Positions 1-9,147 of a stretch of DNA of 64,000 nucleotides are shown in pieces. Within the stretch, counting starts at the first letter, position 1; each line of letters opens with the position of its first letter. Made by a program: the position numbers and the translations under genes. The notes beneath the pieces were generated by a model. It made no database searches. It was given only the letters and a program-made list of their open reading frames with translations, and had not been told where the DNA came from. Where the stretch lies: NCBI GenBank assembly GCA_038884715.1, contig JAWABG010000001.1, positions 38,287 through 102,286 of the forward strand. Direction: 5' to 3'. The DNA is from Candidatus Woesearchaeota archaeon (GTDB taxonomy: Archaea > Nanobdellota > Nanobdellia > Woesearchaeales > UBA9642).

Positions 1-2736
1 GGTGAACCACCACCTTTAAAATATCTGACAAGATATGTTACATCAATACCATTAGTATTACAGTCACCATTTGTATCAATAGATAATAAACCACAATATG
101 GTGCTGGCTGATTTCCTTTAAAATAATTTATCATATAAGTAACATCCATACCATTTACAACTCCGTTACAATTCGCATCACCCGGAATAAAATAATCTAA
201 GACCATAACATTAAAGCGTGTGATTTCAGAATATTCTCCATCTGAAACTGTTATCTCAAAACTATAATTTCCTGAGCTCGTAAAATTTGTTGGCCATATA
301 AACAAATTATTATTAACAATAAATCTCGAATCATTTATTGAATAAATAAGATTATCGTTATCAGGATCGGTTGCATTAACAATTATTGTTACATTAAAAG
401 TTTCATTTATGACAATATCATTTATTGGATTTATAATCGGGGCCCGGTTTACATTTATTACGTTTATTTGGACTGTTTCTGTATCCCAGAATTGTCCATC
501 TGTGACATTAAATGTTACATAATAAATGCCTGCATCATTATATGTTGGTGTCCACTGAAAAAGTCCTGTTTCTTGATCAAAACTAAAATTACTTGGTAAT
601 ACGTCGTGGGCATTTGTAAAATAAGCTAATTGTTGACCGTTTGGATCTGTTGCTTGAATATGAATCAACAAAGTATCATTTTCATATATTATCTGATTTC
701 CAATTGGATTAAGTGTAGGCTCACCGTTACCGCTAAAATCTGCAAGAAGACTATATGTTTGAGGCGAGTATTGAATTGCGGCACTATTAATTCGTATAAT
801 CCATTGACCTGGTTGAGGATTATTAATTAATATTTGTTCTACGTTATTCCTGTTATCTATTCCTGTTGTTGCAGGCAAATTGGGATTTTCAGGATCCAGA
901 ATCCACGGCCGAAATATTTGCCCAGATGGACTTTCAAGCTCTAAGTCAAGATTATTAACAAGAGTTATATTGGTCTGAGGACTTGCTTGTTTATCATCCC
1001 AAACTAAAGTGACCTTTAATTCTGTTTTGTTATCTGGAACATTTAATAAATAAATATCTTGTTCACCACTATTAATTTCATTTTCTCTGATAATATTATT
1101 AATTCCATCATCTGCAATTATCAAATCAATTGCTCTTTGAATATTAATTCTTCCATAACCATATATGTAATCTGGTCCTGTGTTTCCTAGATCTTCTGCA
1201 GTATGATATACAATTGCCCTGACTGTTGAAGGTAAAGGATCTTGGTTGTAAAATTCATTATATTTCTCATAAATTAAAATAACAGAACCACTCACTGATG
1301 GCGCAGCATAGCTTGTACCACAATCTAAAATAATGTAGTCGTTCATATTATTACTTGTTGATTTTATTCCACCGTATGTTTTGCAGGAAGGAGCAGTAAT
1401 ATCTGGCTTTATTCTTCCATCTTTTGTTGGACCTCTACTTGAACCATCCCAAACAGTATCTGTATCAACATAAGTGCCTCCAACAGACAAAGAATTCTTA
1501 GCAGTTGCTATAGGACCAACAATCGTTCCAAAAGGAAAATTGGGAAGGTAAGACTGGCATAAATTGCAATCACCATCATTCCCTGCCGAACCTACAAAAG
1601 ACATTTTATTTCCAAAAATTCCTCTTGTAACTGAGTCAACAGTCACTGAAGTTGAAGTATACGATCCAAAATTATTACAGGGTAGTATGCATGCATTAAT
1701 ACCCCAAGAATTATGTGACACTTTTGCTTCATAAACATTTATTGCTTGATTAATTTCATTTGTGAGATTACCATACCAATCATAAGATACTATGTTGGGC
1801 ATTGTTGCTATTCCTCTCCATTGAAATGGAGTTCCTCCTCTATTCTCACTGTTTGTTCCATCTCCTGTCATGATTCCACAAACACTAGTTGGATGAGCTT
1901 GCATAGATCCTCCATCAGGTCTTGTTATTCTACTACCAAAATCTATATGATTTGCAACTGTTCCCTGATCCCAAATTGCAACAGTATATCTGTTTGCATG
2001 CAAATTGTATGGTTCCATTTGAACTTCGTTTGCATGAATAACTGCTCGAACTGTATCTACATTTGTAATCTTTTCAGGCTCGGGAGTGTCAATCCATTGC
2101 ACAGAATCTATACTTGCAAATTCAAAAATTTTGTCTGAACTAATTTTTAATTGCCAAACATTGTCGTAAATTATATCTGTTACTTTAAATGAATTCTTGT
2201 TAATACTATATTCATTAACAATTTTTTGAATATTTTCCTCCAAAATATCCTCAAAAAAATATGCAACAACAGTTAATTCATTATTTTTGGTTTTTTGCTG
2301 GATAATATTTTGAGAAATTTTATCATTTGGCAAGATATTGCTTATAAAACTAATTGTAGATAATGATTCAATATTTGGATTTTCAATCTTCACATACCAT
2401 GCATTGTTTGGTATATATGATAAGAGTTTTACTCCGTTTTTTTCTAATTCTAATTTTTCTTGTTCATTAAGTGCGTGATCAAATTGAATAAGGATGTGTT
2501 TATTATTGAACTGGCTGATTGAAGTATAATCGTTTTCTATTGTTTTTTTCTCTGTATTGATATATCTTGATGCTAAAAATATTTTATTTTTATCACTTAT
2601 TTGTTGGGTGTTTTGCGCGCTTATGAAAGGACAAATAGAAATTAGACTAACAAGTAGTATTATAACAAAAAATATTATAGTAAAAATTAATCTTACTAAA
2701 GTAATATCTTTATTTAAATATTTTTTATAATTCATT
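1..2736 (-). CDS. Subtilisin-like serine protease (peptidase S8), partial. Its C-terminus runs off the window start. Domains: N-terminal signal/TM, S8 catalytic domain, two cadherin-like (He_PIG) repeats, C-terminal dockerin.
   Basis: Manual translation of the minus strand from ATG at 2734-2736 (MNYKKYLNKDITLVRLIFTIIFFVIILLVSLISI...). Catalytic motifs: VAIWDQG (Asp), MQAHPTSVCGIMTG (His), GNDG (oxyanion Asn), GTSYAAPSVSG (Ser). TLVWDD beta-sandwich follows. Two cadherin-like repeats carry FDQETGLFQWTPTY and NATDPDNDNLIYS. The last 60 aa are a canonical two-segment dockerin: DANCNGVVNGMDVTYMINYFKG ... DTNGDCNTNGIDVTYLVRYFKGG. No stop occurs before position 1. Confidence 0.8.
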
Positions 2737-3098
2737 TTAATATATTGGTTAATCTTAGTAGTTTATAAATTTTTCGTCATTTTATAGTGGTTATGATTAT
2801 TTTCTGAAAAACTCATTAATCTATAACAAAAAAACGAAAATTTTGTCTTGTTATTATTGTTATTATTTTAATATAGTTATTACAGGATATATAAAGCCAG
2901 ATTAAGGTTTGAATAATTCAATTCATATTAAAATTTAGATGCTCATTAGTAACAAGAGAATTTTGTTTCATCATAAAATCTCGCATTAACAATATTTCAC
3001 TTTGACAGATTAAAAACAAACCAATATAAAATTAAAAAAGTTAGAATAATATGTTAAAAAATAAAAAATTTTAATAAAAAACGTTCTATTGTTGTTAT

Positions 3099-6000
3099 TC
3101 ACCACCAACAAAAACCAGATGGGAATTCAAATCGACACAATTTAACTTCCTGATTTATTGGACATTCAAGATTCACGTTTGGATTCTGAATATGGCTCGC
3201 AAGTCTAATTATATCACCTATTTCAACATTACCACTATTATCAACATCACAAACAGAGATGTTATCAGGAAGACCTGTCCCTCGCTCAATATAATTAATT
3301 ATTGTGCTAACATCAGAAAGCTCTATAAAACCATTGTTGTTGCAATCACCACATTTAGGCAGATTAACCCTACCACAAGTCGGAGCTGGGCTTTCGGGAA
3401 CAAAAAAATAATCTCTCAAATATTGATAATCTGCTTGATTCAATATTCCGTCACCATTTACATCAGCAACCCACCAATAATTATGAGCAGAACCTCCAGC
3501 CAGATATGCTTGTAAAAACACAAGATCAGCACCATTTACTACTCCATCCATCCCATTCACATCTCCACAAACCGGATTTGTAGGTAATGTTGCCAAACAT
3601 TGTGGTAAAGGACCATCGTGATTAAAATAATTATTGATATAAATAAAGTCTAGTGAATTTACATATCCTTGAGTCCCACCATCTCCGTTAACATCACAAA
3701 CCCATAAAGGATCACATCCAGGACCATTATTATTTAGATAATTTAATAAACAAAAAGTATCAGCCATATTAAACTGTTTATCATTATTGCAATCACCACA
3801 AAGATTATCTCCCTGTCTTATATACGCAATTGTGCAATCAAGATTGCACCCACTACCACTAACCCCGTTATTTGTTCCTTCATCACAATCTTCAAATCCT
3901 GTCTGAACATATCCATCGCCACATATTGCATTATTGCAATTTACACATGCATCATTATTATAATTATTGCCATCGTCACACAACTCATATCCCTGCCAGA
4001 TATAACCATCTCCACAGGTTGGTAAGTTACAATTATTCAAACAACTATCTGAATTATCTGTGTTTCCATCATCACAGAATTCTCCCGGCTCAATAACGCC
4101 ATTACCACAAACAGGTGCGTGGCAAACAGGTATTTTATTAACCATCCAATCCACATCTGATTGATCTACAACACCATCTGCATAATTAACATCCATTGAT
4201 GACCAGATATTATAAACCGGACCGCCTTTAAGGTAATTAGCTGTACATGTTACATCCCCGAAATCAAATATGCCATTTCCATTACAATCACCACAAATCA
4301 TTGACTGGGGGTGTTGCCTGTTACAGTTAATTGAAGACATTCCATTTTTTATTACATATTGCACATCTATACGATTCACATGTGGTTCTTGAATTGTTCC
4401 GTCACCATTAAAATCACATGTCCAAAGATCCTGACAATGGTATATCCCACCACGACCATTAAGATAATTTGTTAGACACGTTACATCATTTCCGTTTATA
4501 ATCCCATCTCTGTTGCAATCACCACATATTGAAGGAGCAATATAATTTGGATTTTGCTGGCAATTATTGTAACATGCATCATTATTATTCTGATTCCCAT
4601 CATCGCAAGCTTCACCGGCTTCAACAATACCATTACCACAAACAGGATAAACACACTCTGATGGTTCCTCTATACAAATCCATCCTGCGTCAACAACACA
4701 GAAAGCGCTACAACCATCTCCATTTACTTTATTGCCATCATCACAAAATTCACCCACCTCAATATTGCCGTTCCCACAAACTGGTTCCTCTGTGCATAAT
4801 TCAGTGCAACCATCTCCGTCATTTGTGTTTCCATCATCACATTGCTCTCCTAAATCTCTAATGCCATTTCCACATATTGGATTGTTGCATATAGGTTTAG
4901 GATAGCCAGGCGTTCTTTTGAAATACTCAACTAAATAAGAGACATCTCCTGTATTTACAATTCCGTCTTTATTAACATCACATATCCACCAAGGAGCACA
5001 AAACGGTTGATTGCCTGCCCCATTAATATATGACATTATACAATTAACATCATTACTTTTAAGTCCATCTGCTCTGTTGCAATCGCCGCATTCGAGAGAT
5101 GGAGGTATATCTGTGTTACACCAGAGAGAAACCTCACCACGAAAATATTTTAAAAAATGCGAGTAATCTAAACGTGTAACTAATCTATCACCGTTAACAT
5201 CAAAATTTGAAAATGGAGAAGTTGGTGGTTGTTCACCATTTAAATAATAATTAAGATAATACATGTCCTGTGAATTTACTCCATCTCTCTTATTAACATC
5301 ACCGCAAGGAATAGATTGTCCTTGAGGAATTGGCTCTTTTTTACACATCCAACATCCATCTCCTTCTTTTGTATTACCATCATCACATTCTTCATTACCT
5401 TCAAGTATTGCATTTCCACAAAACTGTTTTGATAAAATGATAATCTCATTCTTGCAAAATTGATCACAACCATCTCCGTTTACTTTATTGCCATCATCAC
5501 AAAATTCACCCACCTCAATATTACCATTTCCACAATAACCTAGTGAAGGATTTGTTGGAGTTTTTGATGGAGGATCAGTATATGATGAAAGAGTTGGCTG
5601 AATAATTTTAGTACAAGAAGTTGGTGATTCATAATCACATTCCCATCCTTCTTCAGGAATACAAAATTCGCTGCATCCATCACCAGATTCTATATTGCCG
5701 TCATCACATTTTTCAGTGTCGGGGTCTAATTTTGCATTACCACATAATGACGGTTGTAGACCACAGCAACTAATTGATTTTGAGAATCCATACCAATAGT
5801 CTTTTAATAAAGGATAATCTTCCCATGTTAATTTGCCATCTCCATTTATATCCAGAATACAAGTTTGTTTTAGTGTATTCATACCGCTTGTGAGATACTC
5901 TGCAAATAAATCAATATCTGTTTCATCTAGTTTGCCGTTTTGATCAAAATCGCCACAAACAATATGTGCTTTTAAAGTTTCTGTTGCAAAACCAATATAA

Positions 6001-6158
6001 GAAGTCGATTTGTCTATTTTTGTGTCTGTTTCTGTTGATCTTTGTGTTAGAGTTTTGTTTGTCATTAAAACAATAATAGTTATACTCACTATTACTACTA
6101 TGGCTACAATTGTAACGATATATATTGAACTAATAGAATGAATTAGTCGTTTATCCAT
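3099..6158 (-). CDS. Membrane-anchored, repeat-rich surface protein. At least 7 dockerin-like (EF-hand Ca-binding) modules alternate with 9 Myxococcus-type cysteine-rich repeats.
   Basis: N-terminal TM: MDKRLIHSISSIYIVTIVAIVVIVSITIIVLM. Nine copies of CGNGxIExGExCDDGNxxxGDGCxxxC (TIGR02232-type Myxococcus cysteine-rich repeat), e.g. CGNGNIEVGEFCDDGNKVNGDGCDQFC. These are interleaved with paired DxNxDGxxNxxDxxxLxxY segments, e.g. CGDCNRDGIINGNDVTCLTNYLNG...CDFNGDGTIQEPHVNRIDVQYVIKNG. SD-like GTGAGGTG lies 7 nt upstream of the ATG. Confidence 0.7.
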   Translation of the reverse strand: MDKRLIHSISSIYIVTIVAIVVIVSITIIVLMTNKTLTQRSTETDTKIDKSTSYIGFATETLKAHIVCGDFDQNGKLDETDIDLFAEYLTSGMNTLKQTCILDINGDGKLTWEDYPLLKDYWYGFSKSISCCGLQPSLCGNAKLDPDTEKCDDGNIESGDGCSEFCIPEEGWECDYESPTSCTKIIQPTLSSYTDPPSKTPTNPSLGYCGNGNIEVGEFCDDGNKVNGDGCDQFCKNEIIILSKQFCGNAILEGNEECDDGNTKEGDGCWMCKKEPIPQGQSIPCGDVNKRDGVNSQDMYYLNYYLNGEQPPTSPFSNFDVNGDRLVTRLDYSHFLKYFRGEVSLWCNTDIPPSLECGDCNRADGLKSNDVNCIMSYINGAGNQPFCAPWWICDVNKDGIVNTGDVSYLVEYFKRTPGYPKPICNNPICGNGIRDLGEQCDDGNTNDGDGCTELCTEEPVCGNGNIEVGEFCDDGNKVNGDGCSAFCVVDAGWICIEEPSECVYPVCGNGIVEAGEACDDGNQNNNDACYNNCQQNPNYIAPSICGDCNRDGIINGNDVTCLTNYLNGRGGIYHCQDLWTCDFNGDGTIQEPHVNRIDVQYVIKNGMSSINCNRQHPQSMICGDCNGNGIFDFGDVTCTANYLKGGPVYNIWSSMDVNYADGVVDQSDVDWMVNKIPVCHAPVCGNGVIEPGEFCDDGNTDNSDSCLNNCNLPTCGDGYIWQGYELCDDGNNYNNDACVNCNNAICGDGYVQTGFEDCDEGTNNGVSGSGCNLDCTIAYIRQGDNLCGDCNNDKQFNMADTFCLLNYLNNNGPGCDPLWVCDVNGDGGTQGYVNSLDFIYINNYFNHDGPLPQCLATLPTNPVCGDVNGMDGVVNGADLVFLQAYLAGGSAHNYWWVADVNGDGILNQADYQYLRDYFFVPESPAPTCGRVNLPKCGDCNNNGFIELSDVSTIINYIERGTGLPDNISVCDVDNSGNVEIGDIIRLASHIQNPNVNLECPINQEVKLCRFEFPSGFCWW

Positions 6159-6177
6159 AATAACACCTCACATCATT
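6159..6177 (-). promoter_or_regulatory. Conserved 17-nt leader/SD element AAAATGATGTGAGGTGT. The identical sequence recurs at 8962-8978 upstream of the CARDB gene.
   Basis: Reverse complement of 6161-6177 and of 8962-8978 read AAAATGATGTGAGGTGT. Each is followed within about 10 nt by (A/T)TG-GAT-AAA (M-D-K). The GAGGTG core is complementary to the 16S 3' end. Confidence 0.5.
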
Positions 6178-6575
6178 TTACAAAATTTAAAATAACAGTA
6201 CTAATACTGGCAATTATCATTTGTTATTAAATAAGCTTTATTATTTATAAACTTTCATGGAGAAATCCATTTAAATATATTTATATACTATAACATACTA
6301 ATTCAAGAACATAAAAAAGTGTAAACAAAAAAAGCATAAAAAATAATTCTGATAAAAGCCAACTTAATCATTGCAAAAAAACAAATTATAAAGGACATTA
6401 AAATAAGAAGGATAAATAATAAATGTTAATAAATATTATTCGAAACATATAAACTTAGGGGCTTTTATCCTAAATAATACTTAGAAAGAAGTTGTTGAAA
6501 TAAATCCTAACGACACAACGGACTCGATTATTATTGCACAAATTATTATTGCAGATATACTAATAGTTATATTAT

Positions 6576-6619
6576 AAGTTATAGTTATTATTATAGAAAG
6601 TTATAGTTATTATTATAGA
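6576..6619. repeat. Perfect tandem duplication, 2 x 22 nt (aagttatagttattattataga), in the intergenic region upstream of the multi-dockerin gene.
   Basis: Direct reading of 6576-6597 and 6598-6619. A related partial copy (tagttatattat) lies just upstream. Confidence 0.6.
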
Positions 6620-6786
6620 CTCATAAGGGTTTCATAAAAAAACACCAAAACATAAACTTATAACACCATATACTAGAATACATGGTAGAAAGTGATAAAT
6701 AAATTATAAAAATCATAATTAAATTTTTAATAAAACCATATTTAATAAAGATTAATAAAGACAGAATAGTATTTATTATAAAATTC

Positions 6787-7914
6787 TTATAAAAAATCAT
6801 CATCAATATTTTCTAATTCTTCAAGATCTAACTCTGCAAAGCTTATATCTGAAACTGGCGTTTTCTCATTGTCTTTTAACAATTTTTTTTGATCAGTGTA
6901 TTCATCTGTATCTTTAATTTCTTTTTGAGGTTTACTAATCCTAATATTCTCAATCTCTTTTTCTGGATCCGGATTTAAATCTACATAATTAACAACTAAC
7001 TCATATCTCTCAAAAACTGCGTTCTTATTAACTCTTCCCCTTATCTTTATTATTGTTCCTAATAATTCATTCTTATATTGTTCAAAACCCTGAATGTTTT
7101 CCCTAAATTCGATAAGCTCGGTATCAGAAAGATTAAATAATCTTTGAACCTGATCCCTAAAAAAGACAGTTCTTATATTTGAGGTTCCATCATCTAAATA
7201 AATACTAATTAAATAGCTATAATCAGGTATTACTGCGCCATGAGTATTACAAACAAAAACATCATCCTTTAATTTTATTCTTTTTTTGCAACTAGGGCAT
7301 ATTTCAAAAAATCTTGGTTCAAAAACTTGTACTATTGTTCCGAGAACCTCAACATTTGAGTCATTTTCGTTTAAATCCTTTATTAGTTTTCTTTCTATAA
7401 TCGAATATCCTGCAGTCATAACTGTCTCCCCGCCAGGATTAATAAGAATCTTGCTTTGATCATTTATATGTAATTCACTTCTGCCATTATTATCTCTTAC
7501 ATACCCTGAGATAATTTTAATAACGTCTGTTTCCTTTAAACCTTTAATATTATCAACAGCCTTATTCCAAAAAACAGCACGTATTGTTCCTGTCTCATCA
7601 CCAATCAAGGCACTTGTCATTTGACCTGATCTTCCATTTGTCTGGAATTGCTTAGTATCATATATCCTTATTACTTTCGCTGTTATATCAACATTTCTCA
7701 TCCCTGGAAGAACGTTCTTTATTTTTAATGCAGTTGATGTATCAAATAGTTTAATTCCTAATTCATTAGCAACAATATGTGCTGCTCCTTCTTCTGAAAC
7801 CAAACCCGATAAGGATTCAAGTTTTTGATTAATTTTATCCTTAATTTCTTTTTCAGAAAGACTTGTTTTTTCTCGTATTCTTCTTATAACTTCAGATACA
7901 GGAATATTAAACAT
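6787..7914 (-). CDS. rpa: Replication protein A (archaeal RPA/SSB). OB-fold ssDNA-binding protein with a C4 zinc ribbon.
   Basis: N-terminal EEGAAHIVANELGI motif typical of archaeal RPA. OB-fold segment VDITAKVIRIYDTKQF...ALIGDETGTIRAVFW. Zinc ribbon CPSCKKRIKL...CNTHGAV. Second OB fold. Acidic C-terminal tail ...EELENIDDDFL. Confidence 0.8.
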   Translation of the reverse strand: MFNIPVSEVIRRIREKTSLSEKEIKDKINQKLESLSGLVSEEGAAHIVANELGIKLFDTSTALKIKNVLPGMRNVDITAKVIRIYDTKQFQTNGRSGQMTSALIGDETGTIRAVFWNKAVDNIKGLKETDVIKIISGYVRDNNGRSELHINDQSKILINPGGETVMTAGYSIIERKLIKDLNENDSNVEVLGTIVQVFEPRFFEICPSCKKRIKLKDDVFVCNTHGAVIPDYSYLISIYLDDGTSNIRTVFFRDQVQRLFNLSDTELIEFRENIQGFEQYKNELLGTIIKIRGRVNKNAVFERYELVVNYVDLNPDPEKEIENIRISKPQKEIKDTDEYTDQKKLLKDNEKTPVSDISFAELDLEELENIDDDFL

Positions 7915-8092
7915 GAATAACCCCCTAATACTAATTATATCTTGGTTTTAAGAACAATAAATTGTTTATATAATTTACGGTAATTATAAATTAAGTAATA
8001 TTATATAAATACTTAAAATTATAAATACTTAAAACAAAATATAAACATTTAAAAATATTTAAATGAAAGAATTACAAAAAAAAAGAAAAAAA

Positions 8093-8956
8093 TTATGGTA
8101 TATAGATTGTTTTTATATACTCATTATTATTCTCATTTGATTCGCTAATTCTATATGTTGAATCCACATATCCATAATAATTATATGTTCCTGGATTAAT
8201 ATATGCATTCACAAAAGCAGTATATTCCTGGCCCGGATTCAGCATTGGTATATAACTATTAGGCAAGCTATAACTTCCTCCAGTACCATTTATGTTTACT
8301 TTCAAATAAAAATACGTGCCAGTAGTAGCATTACCTTTATTTTTTATAAGATTTGCAACAACGAGAGGTGAGTTATTTCCTGATTGATTAGTTATATAAG
8401 AAGCATTAATATAAGAAGCATTAAGTATTACTAAGTCAGGCATACTAGGCGTCTGGTTGACACACACACCATTAGCACAGCCATAAGTACAGTTCATGAC
8501 AAATTGTTGAGTTATCTGGCTACCACACGCCCCTCTTAAACAAAAATAATCAGTGAAATTACGATGTACACTGTTACCATAACAGTAATTAGGACTATAA
8601 CTATCTGTTCCACAAGCATATAACCCGTTTAGTTCTCTTGTAGAATTACAAAAATATTCATTTACTGTCTCGTTATTTTGACAATAATCGGTGTGATTAT
8701 ACCCCACACCATTATAATAACCAAATGTTGTTCCTTGAATTTCAATTCTTATGCCATTGTCGGTATCTTCACAGCTATCTGTTTGTGGTGCGATTTTAGA
8801 TGAGGTAACTGTGCCTTGGCCAGCCATTCCAATATAATTATCAGATAATGTCTTAGAAGCATTATTTACATTAATAACCATTACAACTAATCCGATTATT
8901 GCTACACACGCAACAATAGCAATTATATATAGAACTCCCATATTTTCTTTATCCAA
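8093..8956 (-). CDS. Secreted or membrane-anchored protein with a C-terminal CARDB domain. The likely start is TTG at 8954-8956 (MDKENMGVLYII...); the ORF-track start at 9004 is probably too long.
   Basis: CARDB signature at the C-terminus: NKGNATTG...LNPGQEYTAFVNAYINPGTYNYYGYVD...ISESNENNNEY (ExNExNN). The leader AAAATGATGTGAGGTGT is shared with gene 3099..6158 and places the TTG-GAT-AAA (M-D-K) start in the same position. Hydrophobic N-terminal anchor. Confidence 0.6.
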   Translation of the reverse strand: MDKENMGVLYIIAIVACVAIIGLVVMVINVNNASKTLSDNYIGMAGQGTVTSSKIAPQTDSCEDTDNGIRIEIQGTTFGYYNGVGYNHTDYCQNNETVNEYFCNSTRELNGLYACGTDSYSPNYCYGNSVHRNFTDYFCLRGACGSQITQQFVMNCTYGCANGVCVNQTPSMPDLVILNASYINASYITNQSGNNSPLVVANLIKNKGNATTGTYFYLKVNINGTGGSYSLPNSYIPMLNPGQEYTAFVNAYINPGTYNYYGYVDSTYRISESNENNNEYIKTIYIP

Positions 8957-9147
8957 CGTAACACACCTCACATCATTTTTAATATTTATTAATAATTTCA
9001 ACAAAAAAATATATTTTATTAAATTCTTAAATTACTTATTTAAAAAGTTTTTCTTTTTATATTTATTGGTATATATATTGTTAAACATTATTTGGTACAT
9101 AAATACATAACAATTAAAAAATTAATATTTAAATATTCAATAAAAAT

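Noticed and set aside
3192-4861. Plus-strand ORFs 3192..3515, 3872..4096 and 4529..4861, strikingly His/Tyr-rich. Similar antisense ORFs occur inside other large minus-strand genes (25953..26234, 29598..29939, 30188..30463, 32628..32903).
   Set aside because: They lie antisense to long, well-supported minus-strand genes. The His/Leu/Tyr richness is the mirror image of the Cys/Asp/Gly/Asn codons on the coding strand. They have no SD and no conservation logic.
6576-6619. Tandem 22-nt direct repeat, considered as a CRISPR or minisatellite.
   Set aside because: Only two contiguous copies with no spacers, and pure AT-rich composition. Consistent with replication slippage, not a CRISPR array.
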